Shown piece by piece: positions 39,701 to 51,729 of a stretch of 64,000 nucleotides of DNA. Position 1 is the first letter of the stretch. Each line of letters opens with the position of its first letter. Made by a program: the position numbers and the translations under genes. The notes below the pieces were generated by a model, which was not told where the DNA came from, searched no databases, and was given only the letters and a program-made list of their open reading frames with translations. The stretch is taken from positions 2,356,001-2,420,000 of the forward strand of contig JAYWIR010000016.1 in the NCBI GenBank assembly GCA_036172245.1, given 5' to 3'. Origin of the DNA: Raillietiella orientalis. Its lineage: Eukaryota.

Positions 39701-41599
39701 GCAATCCTCTCTAGCTTTCTGAATTCGTTGCTAAACTTTCACAGACATCATTGAAAAAGAATAGTTAAGAAGAAGCCAAGCATATGAAGATATTCCTGCT
39801 GATTGTGCACTAGTGAAAATCTCTTCTGCGCAGGTCCATCGGTGTGTGAAACCGAGAGTGCAGATGTGCATTTCATAGTCAGAGGTAGCATTCAATTTAT
39901 TCTGTTAAGAAACCAGAAACATCTTCAGTAGCTAAAAATGCTGAAGCCTCCTCAACACATGTCGAATTATGGAAGCTGACTTGTCTGTAACGTCCAAAGT
40001 TCCTAGCCCATCTTTTTCCTCTGATTAGGGTTCGTTCAGGTAGTTTCCTGCTATTTTAGTCGGAACTCCTAGAAACTCTTGTACAATTACATCGAACTGA
40101 GGCTGTTACAGAGCAGGGACAGAGATCAATAGGATTGCTGTTAAAACATTATTATGCATTAGCAGATTTCGAATGCATGCATATCGAGTACATCTCATAA
40201 ACAGTGCATAGATCTCATAAACACTTTACGCCATAGGGGATAGCAGCACTACAAGATTCGGTTCCAACACTTTCTCAATAGTTTTGAGATTTCACCCTCA
40301 GGACCGTTAGAGTTCGAATGTTCCCTGGAGCAGCAATTGATGGAATAGTATCCAAGAAAGCCAGCCTCTGGGAATCACAACGTCCATGTTGACCTCACTG
40401 AACCTTTCTGAGGCCGAGAATACGATGATGCAGAAGCCACCGTGGTGCTTCCAAGGATCCAGTGCATTCGAAACTTCAGAACCAACAAGTATGATGGTAA
40501 GTGTGTTGCAAGCAATGGAGATGCCTTCTGTAGTCGAAAGAAAATAAATAAATAAATTGCAGATCTTAATTGGTTGATGGCGCCGAATGGATGCGGAAAG
40601 GCACTGATGAGACTGGACATGCTGAGAATCAGAAATGGAGAAAACGTGCTCAGAGAATGGCACGTGGCACTTGCTCACAGAAAGCTAGGAGAAGGCACTC
40701 GAATCTTCGCAAGGAGTTTCAAGGATTACCGTCAGAAGAGATGGTTCATACGGGGTAGGAGGCGTCGAGAAATAAAATGAGAAGTCCTAAAGCAAAGTAA
40801 AGCACAAAAGAGACAGGTCACTTACCCACCCAGCGAAAGTCGCTGCTGACTCTCCTCCGCATAGATGGGCATCCATTATTTGGGAATCTCTCACACATGG
40901 CACAGAGTTCAGAACTGGTTGCCAGGTTCAAGGGAAAATCCATATTTGGTCACACCTGGGAGTTTTACAATGGTGGAAAACAGTGTGTCCCAGGAGCAAA
41001 AGTGGCTCACCACGGCTCACTGTTTCCTCTCATGCTAAAAACTGCCTGCGAAGCACAGGAAGTGCGAAGTGCAGAAGTTAGGAATTGGCGCCATCAACAG
41101 ACATGGAGACATACGGAAGGATGAGCACAGTCAAGGTAAGGACATACAAATTACATATGTGGCTGGGGGGAGTAAGAAATCAAGGAGGCTTCCTTTTTAT
41201 GGATACCATTGTTCCTTTTACTTCTTTCACATCACCCCCACCCAGTCTGGAGATGCGATCCGTTCATCAGGATGGCCACAAATGTGGGTCGTTGCCATTC
41301 GATCCATGAGGAGGTCGGTCATCGACGTGATCCTCTCTGCTCAAGTTCTGGAAGGATTTCGGCCACAACTACAAATGCGGTGCAACAGATAACAGCGGCT
41401 CTTGTCCGTGGATATCTCACGCCGATAATGGGCACGTCGCCACGCACCTACGAGGTCAGTGATTCATCTCCATCCAAAGCCTTATCGCGGAGCAAAAAAC
41501 ACATGCGAAAAATGCTGACAGCCCAATCGCCGGCTCCGCCACCGCGTCAGAGTCACATCAGAGCAACACTCCCTCCGGCACAGACCGGAGTGCGGACGA

Positions 41600-42255
41600 T
41601 GGAAATCCTTTTGGGTTCTTTTCTGTCTTCGTCGTTTTCCTTTCAGCTCTTTTTTCGTTCTCTGAGAACTTCAAGAACTGTCACGCGCCTGGTGTCCCAC
41701 GCAACTCTTTGATGCCGTACCGCGCCACCCGAGAGTGCGTGTAACTCTTCAAGATAGGAGGTACCCTATGAATTCCAGGAAGGACTCCGAAGAAGAGAGT
41801 CTATTCTTCTTTAGTGGTTGGGGATCCCCAAAGGAGAACTCCACCCTGGCTGTCTCCGAAGGGAACTCTGAAGGGACGCTTCCGAAATTTCTCAGAAGGG
41901 CGCTCCCCGAAGGGAGCGGCGCGCTTCTTTGCACTTTGGAGAGGTGTCACCAATCACCAGCTGCGTGGTACGAGGCGGAAGGTCCCCTGTGAGGGAACCG
42001 GACTCCTTGATTCCGTTTCCAGGAAGGACCTCGGAGGTCGACTCCCAATCCCGGCCGCTTATCGGGGGCATCGGTTTGAACCGCCAACAGTGCTGCCGCG
42101 TCCGAATGGAAGGCAACCAGCGTCATCTTTCGGGATTGATTCAAACCCACCCTCCCCCCACTCTCGGGGTCGATTCTTCCCGAGTATTCGAACCTGCGAC
42201 GCTTGGTAATGCGACGCCTTGCAGAGACCGTGACCACTTGGCCTTCGACGCGCGT
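41600..42255 (-). mobile_element. tRNA-derived SINE-like element
   Basis: Minus strand GGCC-AAGTGGTCAC-GGTC (A box/D arm), GCAGGTTCGAATAC (B box), AGATGACGCTGGTTGCC block, internal repeats and shared tail. Confidence 0.8.
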
Positions 42256-42879
42256 ATGTACTGGGTATGTACCGCATGGCATCCGACTCTCGAAGACTTA
42301 ACCAAAGTGCGCGGAAGTCCTGAAAGACCAGGGAGGTCTGCTCACGAATCCACCTTTTTCTGGTTTTCCGGATGACTCCTTGTACACAATGCAGAGCTCC
42401 GGAGCTCAAGAGGTACAGATGTGGCCACCCGCAGCAAGGAGGGAGCATCGGGGTACCCAGCTACAGCACAGGAAATGCCTCTGCGCTGGAGTCTACTCGA
42501 AAGAAAAGAAAAAAAAAAAAAAAATTTCCTCCTAAGTGTGCCCACGGGAAGCTGGAAACTCCTCTATAGCGCCACATGGGACTTTTTAGGTTTTTATCCC
42601 GTCTTCCCCTCCTCGTGTGGGCGGATGGGGTGTACCATTTACACGCGGCTCCGAACAAACACATGACAACTCATCGTATTCCATGAAGCTCAAAGCATCC
42701 CCTAGCCCCTCCCTCTCCCTCTTCCCCATCCAGCCTGGACTAATTCTCGGATGGAAACCACATATCTTCCGAGCCTACGCCCACCGCCTAACTATCGCTC
42801 CAAATCCAGCTGCCATGGCAATTCACATACCTCCCCCCAGAGTCCTCAGAAAATACACGCAATAGATGTAGGATGGCTT

Positions 42880-43950
42880 TCCCCCTATTCGGGAGCTAGA
42901 GAAGCGAAAGAGGTGAGGTCTCACGTGGTTCGCTTGTGCGGCAGCTCCGAGAGATTCGTCTGCACCTGGGCAGACAACCTGCACGTTGCAGGGGTGGCAG
43001 CGTCCATGGTCAGAAGGGATTCCTCTTTGTCTATCCGCGCCGCCGTTGGTTCCTGCGAGTGAGCAAGAACCAGTGGCAGCAGCCAATCCGCCGAGTCGGT
43101 GGATCCCGGGGTGGGAAAACCAACTGCGTTGCAAAATGGGGAGTGAAAGATGAGAGCCGCACCACCGTTTATGAAAGTGGAACTGAAGAAGATCCAATCT
43201 CCCTTTTCGACTGCGCAGAGCAAATCGGAAGAAAAGTCGTGGGGTCCTGGATGGGTAAGAACGTCTGAAGAAGCGTACGCCGAGGTGGGGCAGTAGGCGG
43301 ATCGGTGGAAAAGAAGGGAAGGAGTTCTTCCTTGGAAATGCAGAGCTTCGAGATATTCATCTTATTTCGGGCTGATGCGGACCGAAATGCTCTTTCGCTG
43401 GACCCGGAGCGCTGGAGTCTCATTTGCGACCAGCAGAAGGAGCCTTTCCGCGCCTTCTGCGTTGTCAAGGAGAAGAGGGTGGAGAGGCACCTCGAATTTT
43501 GGGTAGGCATCAGCGGATGGAGCTGTTTGCTGGAAGGATTCGCCTCCCACCACACAATAGCGGTGGGTCCCCGGAATGCGCGGGCGGAGTTCAAAGAGGG
43601 AAGAACACACCAGCAACGAGACGACGGGGAAAAATCGCGACTTTTGCCGGGAACGCGGACTGCTCTGAGCCCCTCGGGAAGGGGAGCGAACCGGACGGAT
43701 GGGAACGGTAGTGAATGTGGATCGGGAAGCGGTTGGCTGCTTCAACCACACGCAGGAGGAGAGCAGCCGCGCCGCGTATCGGGGAAGAATGTCTATCCGC
43801 CTATCTCGTGCGCACGCGCAGAGCTACGTATTCAAGAACGCGACTCACTCGGCCGAGCAGCGCCATCCAGCGAGCAGCACCAAAGCACGAATCCAACACA
43901 CGACGGTGCGCGATGGCTCCTGCGAGGATCTGAATACAAGGCTGGAATCT
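42880..43950 (-). mobile_element. Heavily decayed L1-like RT remnant
   Basis: Ordered weak remnants of QGCPLS, YADD, LRVQRKS (GLxIN-like) and HLGV motifs, then CHPC. Confidence 0.45.
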
Positions 43951-44361
43951 GAGATGAGATCCTGGAAGATCCGATGCCGAGATCTATGCCGATTTCCTCT
44001 TCAAGGGAAGAGGTATAGTAGAGCATCAGTGCCAGTGCGAATCACAGCCGGTGGATGCTGCTACGTGGGAAAGCCGCCTTCATTCCTCATCCGGTTCTTC
44101 TAGCCTCGCAGATAGGGCATGTACATGCATTAAATGCTGTAAACAAATATAGACACAAATTAAAAATGTGTATAGAAATTATGTTTATCATTCTTATTAT
44201 TCCATGATCCCATCTTAGGAAGGGAATTTTGGATGTGTCCCGATTTAAGAGTGGAGGAAATGTGCAGCATGCCGGTTGATCCATGATGACCCGAGACCTG
44301 ATGGCGACCTACTGTTTGACCACTTATTAAAAGCGCAGTGGTGGGAAGGAAGCGGAAGTGA

Positions 44362-44541
44362 GAGCCACGTTGGAGATCGCGTGGCTGCGGTCTCCGCGCG
44401 TGACACCTGGAATCGCGGGTTCGAATCCCGTCGGGGATGGGGGAGCGACCGACCCAGAGAGTGCGTCGTTACGTTTTTCAAGCACCCCCGGCAAGATGAC
44501 GCTGGTTGGCCTACAAGACTTCGGGTGAGGTGGCACTGGTT
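44362..44541 (+). mobile_element. tRNA-like head of the SINE-like element, ending at an L1/Tx1-like 3' end
   Basis: GATC-GCGTGGCTGC-GGTC D arm, GCGGG-TTCGAAT-CCCGT T arm, conserved block GCAAGATGACGCTGGTTGGCC. Confidence 0.8.
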
Positions 44542-45896
44542 GGCACCCGGTCACACCGGGTCCTTTATTTATAAGAAATAAACATAAATGTCTGTGGCAG
44601 CACGTTTGATCCTTCCCCGTAACTTATGAAATCGAAAAAGAACCTGCAAGGATCTGGTACGCAGGCCAGCGGGGTCACCTCGGCAGCACAGGGGAAGGGG
44701 AGACAAACAAAAAGAAAAAAGGAAAACAAAAAACATAGTCAAAAAATGGGAGGGTTTGGGAAGGGAAGGGAATCTGTGTGCTGGAGGGAATCGTCTGCAT
44801 CCTTGCAAGTTCCTGTTTTATGGTTCTCATCTTGACGCATTCCTCATGAAGAGGATAGCAATATAGTTGCCGCTCCAGTCTTTCTGGCCTCTTCTGGCAT
44901 GGTTCCATGCAGCCACGCTCCCGCCTCGTAGGCAGCAAAGTGCTGCTAGGGATGCGGCCGGCTTGGGGGCGTCGCTCAGGAAGAGATGCTTCACAACATC
45001 CCTGGCATTGCCACCAGGGGTTCCAATGGTCGCGGCAAAGCGTCCCCAAGGGACCGGGGATCACATTCCACTAGGAGGTGCAGGAGGGATTCCCGCTCCC
45101 CGCGCCTGGCACAGTTCGAGTCGGCTCTCTCCCCCGCATGGCCAATGATGCCGGCGAGCGTTGCACGGGAGACCCAGTGCAGCAACATCAACGCCGACTC
45201 CTACCACTCCAAGGGGAGGGCACGGGTGTTTATGAGCACCGGGGATCACTGCAGGTCTTCTTCCGGAATAGCCAGTAGCACGCCCCAGAGCAAAGGTTCC
45301 AGGTCGAGCAATCGGGGACGCAGCGTCGGTGGGCTGACCTGTCGTCCACCTGTCCAGTCCTCTTCTCCTTCCGGAGATTTCCACAATAACCTCCCACCTA
45401 GCCGTGTTCACGATTCCCTAAGGGAGGGCGGCGCGGCGGAAAGCGAGATTTTTCTTGCCCATTCGCTCTTCGCGGGATCTCCCAGGATCTCCCGGAGCGT
45501 GCAGTTGTTGTTGAGCGCGTACAGGAAACGTCGCACCTGTTCGCGCTTGGCTCCTGGATCCTCGTCCACTTGCGAACGGTTCCCTTCAACCGGGCACTAC
45601 CATTCGCGGGGCGGCACGAGATCCATCCGTTGTTCGTGGCCAGCGTGGCCACCTGCCGCAGGCGCAGTCCGCAGTGGATGAGGCTGAGTGGAGGGCGCGC
45701 AAGGAAGGACGCGAGCCCCACGCTGTCGGTGGCTTGCTGGAAGAGAAGACGTGCAGGTTGGCACCAGGTGGTGCTCCAGAGGTTTTCCGCGAGGGCAAGT
45801 GTTCGAAACTGGAGCTGTTGTTCCATTTGTTTCAGCATCAGGAAGAGATCTAGACTGCCGTCCGGCGTGGAGCCCACAAGTCCTTTAGGGGGACTC
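44542..45896 (-). mobile_element. 3' 1.35 kb of the L1/Tx1-like element, near-identical to 3528-4882
   Basis: Reverse complement aligns with copy 1 with only scattered substitutions; the ORF-track peptides are identical or nearly so. Confidence 0.95.
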
Positions 45897-45941
45897 TCTG
45901 CATTGCTGGATCCAGGTGGGGTCATCGCGCCGCCCTCTAGA

Positions 45942-45968
45942 GGTCTTTTGGCTAAGATCAAAGTGTAG
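45942..45968 (+). pseudogene. U2 snRNA 5' fragment (U2 nt ~11-36)
   Basis: GGTCTTTTGGCTAAGATCAAAGTGTAG versus U2 GGCCTTTTGGCTAAGATCAA(A)GTGTAG. The AAAG form is the invertebrate-type variant; the match stops inside GUAGUA. Confidence 0.8.
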
Positions 45969-46108
45969 AGGTATTGGGCGGTGCACTGGATGGCACCTTT
46001 ATCGAGAAGTCCTCTTGTTGCCTTGATCCAAGCGGCGACGATCCCGCGTAGGCAGCACAGGGCTGCTAACGAGGTCCCAGGCCGGAGGGAGTCGGAAACG
46101 AAGAGGGC

Positions 46109-46843
46109 TTTCAGAAGACATTCGACTGCGTCGATCAGGGGCTTCTTCTGAAGCTGTTGGAACGCTTGGGCTTCCCGGCCGCGTTTTCGGTCTATCTGCG
46201 CTCCAGCTGGCGCCACACGCTCGTCAATATCTCTTTCAGTGGGCAGACGGTGCACGGCGTGCCAGTGCGACGCTGCATACGGCAGGGAGAGCCTGAGCTC
46301 CCTGCTCTTTAGCACCTATTTCGAATTGGTGCTGAGGGCATACAGGGAGACTCTGGCTCTCCACCCGCGCGTATGTCCCGGAACGCCTGCCGTCTCAGCA
46401 TAAGCGGACGATCCTCTGCTGCTGCTCCCCATGTCCAACCCGGTTGCGCACTCGACGGTTTCTTCGAGCTGCTCAGTCGTGAGACGGGCCTGTCTGAACA
46501 AGGCGGAGTCATCCGTGGTTCCCGTTGGTGCGGCGTGGGTTGGGTTGCCGGACTGGATCCGATTGAGTATCCCCACGGGCCAGTACTTAAAGTACCTGGG
46601 CGTTACTCTGGGGGACTTTTGCCCCTCAGAAGCCTGGTCCGAGCGTCTTCAGAAAGCACTGCAGGCGCTCGGCCCCTTCCAACGAGGCAGTTTTTACCTG
46701 CCGCAATGGGCCGCGGTGTGGAACGCCTTCGTGGCCCCCTTCCTCCGTCCCCTACTTTTTGGGTTCCCCCCGCCATGCAGCATTAGAAAGCGGACGATGG
46801 ACCTCCTCCGTATCGCCCTTTGGGGCAACGGGAGGCCCCGAGT
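46109..46843 (+). mobile_element. RT-domain segment of the L1/Tx1-like family (pseudogenised)
   Basis: FQKTFDCVD, IRQG.SLSSLLF, VSA*ADD, LNKAES and YLKYLGV; the 3' half closely matches 3180-3531. Confidence 0.9.
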
Positions 46844-47475
46844 GAAGCTGCAGGACGAGGGGAAGTGTGAATCCTGAGTGTGCCAGGTGTGGGGAGCGGG
46901 AATCCCTCCCTCACCTGTTAGTTGACTGTTACCCTTCGGCACCTTTAGGAACGTCTTGGAACTTCCCTGGGGATCCCAGTTGGCAGCACCCCCAGAGACG
47001 TTTTCCGGCTTCTCTTCGTGCGGGACGCCCTGCAGCCAGCCTCAGCCCTGGCAGCACTATGCTGCATCCATGGAATTGTGGCGGCTTGGAAGATGAAGGA
47101 TGAAGGAAGCCCAGGATGAAGACGAGAACAAGAGGGACGTAATCTCGTATGCTGTTCGCTTCCTGCAGAGAGCTACCGGATGGTCCAACTGGGACGATTG
47201 AGGAAGGATCTCCAGGGCATCCTGCAAAGCATGGACCCTCCTTCCAGTGGACAGTGATCCCTTTCTGATCCTTCAATTTCTTTTTTTTTCTTATTGTTTC
47301 ATTTTTCTTTTTGTTTTTTCCCCATCCCCTTCCACTGCCGAGAAGAGTCACGCTGGTCTGCGTCCCGGAGTCCCGGCAGGTCCTGCTAAATGTTGGCCGT
47401 TAGTGGGGCCTTGTACCACGTTTCGTAATAACTTTATGAAGAGTTTGAATAAACGTCCCGGCATATCCGAGTGGC
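46844..47475 (+). mobile_element. 3' end of a diverged L1/Tx1-like subfamily
   Basis: CARCGERESLPHLLVDC, T-rich UTR, CTGCGT stem-loop, AATAAA at 47448-47453. Confidence 0.85.
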
Positions 47476-47479
47476 AACT

Positions 47480-49700
47480 CCGAAGCCTGCAGATAGGAGC
47501 ATGGGCTTCCCGGCCTCCTTAAGGGCCTACCTGTTCTCTTGCTGGCGCAACGCGATAATCAACGTTTTTTTCAGATATCAAAAGGTGTGCGCCGTGCCGG
47601 TGCGGCGGGGCATTAGGCAAGGCGATAGCCTGAGTCTCCTGCTCTTTAGTACCTATTTTGAATTGGTGCTGAGAGCGTACAGGGAGACTTTGGCCACCTT
47701 GCCGAGCTCGTGCCCGGTACGCCTGCCGTGTCGGCGTATGCTGACGATCTTCTGCTCCTGCTGCCCATGTCCTCCCCGGCATCTTCACTCGAGAACTTTT
47801 TCGAGCTGTTGAGCCGCGGTACAGGACTTAGGGTGAACAGGGCAAAGTCATCACTGGTGGCGGCTGGTGAGACGTGGGCTGGACGGCCTGACTGGATCCG
47901 CTTGGGGAACTCCACGGGCAGGTAATTAAAGTACCTTGGAGTTCCGCTGGAGGACTTCTGCCCATCAGAAGCCTGGTCATGTCGTCTCCAGAAAGTGAAG
48001 TTGGCGATCAGCCCGTTTCTGGAAGGCAAGTTCCACTTGCCGGAACGGGCCGCAGTATGGAACGCGTTCGCGTCCCCCATCCTCGGCCCCCTGCTTTTTG
48101 TTTGCCCCGTCCCCCCCAAGTTGAAAAAACAGAGCAAGGACCTACTGCGCATCGCCCTGTGGGGCCACGGGAGGCCCCGAGTCCCGTCGATGGACATGTG
48201 CGCTCCGCATCGTGACGGCGTTCTTAGCCTCCTGACGTTGGAGTGGATGGAGATACAGCTGCTTCCCACCCATGTGAGGCGGGGCGTTTATTCCTAAACC
48301 ATCCGGGAACAGGATTCCCGGACAAAGGACACAGAAAAAACGAATGGAGAGATCCCCGACACGCAGGTCGGTAAATCCGAAAGTCCGGAACGGGAGGGAG
48401 GGGTCCACAAATACACGCATAAAAAATAGAAATCAAGATATGGGGAAGGGAGGGGATAGGGGTCTTTGGCTTCGGTCGTTCCTTTCCTTCAGAACCGGCG
48501 GTGGATGCCGGAGATCTCATTCCTTGCGTGTTCCGGAAGATGAGGCCTCGAGGCAGCCGACGTCATGTTTTCGTCGGCTACTCCGGTGGCCTGTCGACGA
48601 ATCGCCTGCGTCTCCAGCTCTCGGTGGGCCTTGTCGATGGCGCGGGTGCAACGGACAGTTGCGACCATCGCACCTAAGGACAGGCCGCCTGGTGTGAAGA
48701 AGCGGCGCATCAAATCCCTTGCGGTGTCTCCCTTGAGCAGGAGAGCTGAGGCCAGCCTCCTCCACAGTCCTTGGAGGACACCGCAGTCCGAAAGCAGGTG
48801 GGGGAGCGTTTCGGCTTCTCCGCACCTTTTGCAGTTTGGGGAGACAACCCCCCCGGAAACACGGTTCGTCCGCTGGTTGGAATGGAAACCCCAATGCACC
48901 AGCATGACAACGTCCTGTTTCCACGAAAGGGGGAACACAGAAGTGTTCGAGCACGAGGGAGGGACCGCAAGTTCTTCGGGGGGCACACTAAAAGTTAGCT
49001 CTACCGAAGGAGTCCCTTCGCGATGTTGCAAGGCGTGGCGGTGTCCTCGCAACATCGAGTCCTAGTCGCTAGTCCTCGAGCCCTGGAGCTCTCTAGTCCT
49101 CCAGCCGCCCATGGGTCGGTTTGCTCCTGCGATGGCATAGGCGACCTCCCACCTCGCCGGTAGGCAGCTGTCATCACTCGCTCTGAGGGCTGACAGTGCG
49201 TCGGCGAGGGGCGTGACGGCCAGGCGAGTCCACTTCTGGTTGTTCCAGACCTCCTCCACCGTACAGTACGGAGAGAGGTTGGCGCAACGGAGTTCCAAAA
49301 GGGAAACATCCTGTTGCCTTGCATGGAGATACAGCTGCGATGGCGAACCATAGCCAAAGCAGCAAAGTACTGGAGCACCCCCTGCTGCGTTCCGGCCCGC
49401 CTCCTCGCCCGCCGTGTATTCGGAACGGAGAAGCTTGAGTCTCATCTTCTGTGCCGCGGTCAGAAGATCAGAAGATGCGACCTTCTCCACGGATGCATAG
49501 CCACCCTGGAGAAGGAGAACAGCTGGATAATATGCAGCCCCGCCAACTCTAGAGCGTGGCTAGAGGAAACAGTTGTCACGTGGGCGAAGTTGTACGAGAG
49601 AAGAAACGAAACATGGAACTGCCTGCAAATCGGCATCTACGCCCGCTGCCCACTGCGGAAGATAGTCCAGTGTCCCGCCAGGAGCACGTGAGCGGAGACG
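47480..49700 (+). mobile_element. L1/Tx1-like RT fragment split by a nested insertion at 48263-49322
   Basis: RRGIRQGDSLSLLLF, SAYADDLLL, GLRVNRAKS and KYLGV; the frame ...MEIQL resumes at 49323 after a 16-bp duplication. Confidence 0.9.
48263..49322 (-). mobile_element. 5'-truncated L1/Tx1-like insertion with 16-bp target-site duplication
   Basis: ATGGAGATACAGCTGC at 48247-48262 and 49323-49338; encodes CKRCGEAETLPHLLSDC; AATAAA (minus) at 48287-48292. Confidence 0.9.
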
Positions 49701-50499
49701 ACCACCCTCGCCACGTCAATGCCCTTCCTACGAAAGACACTAGGCAGCAGCCGGACACCGAGGTGGCAGGTCTCCTTCCGGATCGAAGGCAGAGAAACGT
49801 TGATGAGCGGTTGGACCATGGGACGCGGACGCCTGGCGAGAGACGCGGAAACACCGAGTCCCTCCTGCTCTACCCCGAGTTCTGGAGGGGAAGGGGAGGT
49901 TTCATCCACACCGCCTCACGAGGACGTCCTCTCGGCAGTTCAGGGACTAGGATCCCGTCCCCTTCCGTCGGATCCCTCCACAGATCGAGTAAGTTTCCGA
50001 GATGCTCGCGAGAGGGCGGGCGAAGATCCCGTACACAAGGAAAAGTACGCAGAAGAAGAAAAAGATCCAGTCCCCGGATTTTGGGATTCGCAAGATCAAG
50101 GGGCCGAATGCTGCGAAGAGTAGCTCTTTCGGAGCATTCCTGGGAGAAGCACGAGCCTAAAAAGAGACTGAGTTCAGTGGGGAGAGAGCTGCGGGGACAA
50201 GGAAAAATCCCCAAATGCTTCTCCCCTTCTTAGTTTTTTATTTTTTTCCACGGGATTCCGACCGGGAAGAAGGCAGTCTGGGATTTCAAAGCGGCACGCA
50301 CGTCCCGGACATCAAAGGAACGGAAAAGAACGGAATTCGCAGGGCGGAGGGAGCAAAAAGATTCCGAGGAGGCGGGGACTGTGGACGTGCCTTCCGGAGC
50401 GAAGGGGATTTCCGGACCGGGACCTCAGGAAGGCACGTCCGCACTTTGCGAAGGAAGCTGGCCTGAAGGGCGCGCGCCCCTTGCACCCGGACGACTGTT

Positions 50500-51720
50500 C
50501 CGGGGTAGGCCGGTTAGGTTAGGTTAGACTCGCCCGGACGCTGGCCTTGGAAGGCGGAATAGAGCCGTGCGGTCGGTCAGGGGAGTCCTCATAGAGGACA
50601 CCCCTGACTGACGGTGAGCCGGTGGCGAACGTTCGTATCCTCGAGGGTGAAATGCTTTCTTATAGTAGGGAGACACACGTAGAAGATGGGTTGGTCGACA
50701 TCTGAGCGTGACCCCCCCTTCCCGTCTTTCGACTGGTCTCCTTTCTCCTTCTCCTGGTACTCTTTGCCAGTGCGCCTGCATGGACTTTGTTTTTCCCGCG
50801 GGCTGTCCCCGGCCTTCTTTAGGGTGGGGGGGATCCGCTTACATTTCAGGCTGTGGTCGAATTCTCGATGGACCGAGACGAGAGGTCGAGGAGTCATGAG
50901 ATTCGAGAGGCTCTACCGTTTCGAGCTCGGGTTGGGAGGATGTTGGGAATCGCAAACAGGTGGATCTGCTGAAGGTCGACCACAGATCCCGTCCGTGGAG
51001 AGGCTTCCAGAAAGGGGGAAGGGAGGGGGGGGGGAACCATTTTGTGAGAGTGCTCGAAGGCAGACGCTCAGAGAACCATGGCAAGGAAGCAGGAGGCAGT
51101 GCGGACGCGCCCTCCTGGCTGCACGCACAGCTCCTATGGGAGACTGAGATGCGTCCCACGCAGACTGTAGCAAAGGCGGCAAACCCGTCTCCACGGCTCA
51201 TGGGAAATCCGGGAGGACAGGGAGTCCATAGATGCTGCAAAAAGATGGGGCAGGGCTTCGCCCTAGGCGAAGAGGAAATTCAAAGACCTGTGACTCCCCG
51301 AGAGCCCTCTACTAGGGGGAGATCGTGGAGGGAGACGAAGCAAATGGTCACCCGAGGAATGCCGCAGTGCACAGTTGGGGTCGGTGTCGAGCTTTCTCGG
51401 CGACCCAGTAGCATGGAGGCACACCTGTCGGCTGTTGCAGGTGCAGAGACAACTCTTCTCTGGGGAAACGAAGCTCTCTTAGGGAGGGGAGACTCCCGAT
51501 TGGTGTCGAGGTAGAGGGATCCCTGGAGCTCCGAAGGCCATGCATGTCCTTCCTCATCGAACAAAAACACGAAGCCCGGCAGCTCTGCGGCTCGCGTGGT
51601 CCCTGACTCAAAACCTCGCAGCCGTGGAACTCGAGGGCATCTCTCCGCGCAAGTGACCTATGAGGGTGGCTCACAGTACGTAAGGACTCGATCCACATCC
51701 ATAGGAAAACCACTCGTGGA
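50500..51720 (-). mobile_element. Decayed L1-like ORF2 C-terminal half
   Basis: WTPCPPGFP and CACSQEG align loosely with family motifs FVCPVPP and CAPHRDG; CPL zinc remnant at ~50590. Confidence 0.45.
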
Positions 51721-51729
51721 GCAAGCTAC

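Noticed and set aside
40574..41124. LTR-retrotransposon integrase remnant (VLREWHVALAH resembles the H2C2 region)
   Set aside because: Only one weak motif; no DDE core or LTR could be identified.
43785..43820. Retron or group II-like TRYADD motif on the minus strand
   Set aside because: It reads TR*ADR with a stop and lies in the wrong order relative to the other RT remnants; likely chance.
44362..44435. Functional tRNA gene (also 4985-5060, 18925-18997, 42180-42255, 61285-61357)
   Set aside because: D and T arms are present, but there is no consistent acceptor stem or anticodon arm, the copies are mutually diverged, and each runs into a shared repeat body, so they are SINE heads.
45398..46315. 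305-aa ORF as a novel fusion protein
   Set aside because: It spans rearrangement junctions and includes antisense RT and antisense U2 sequence.
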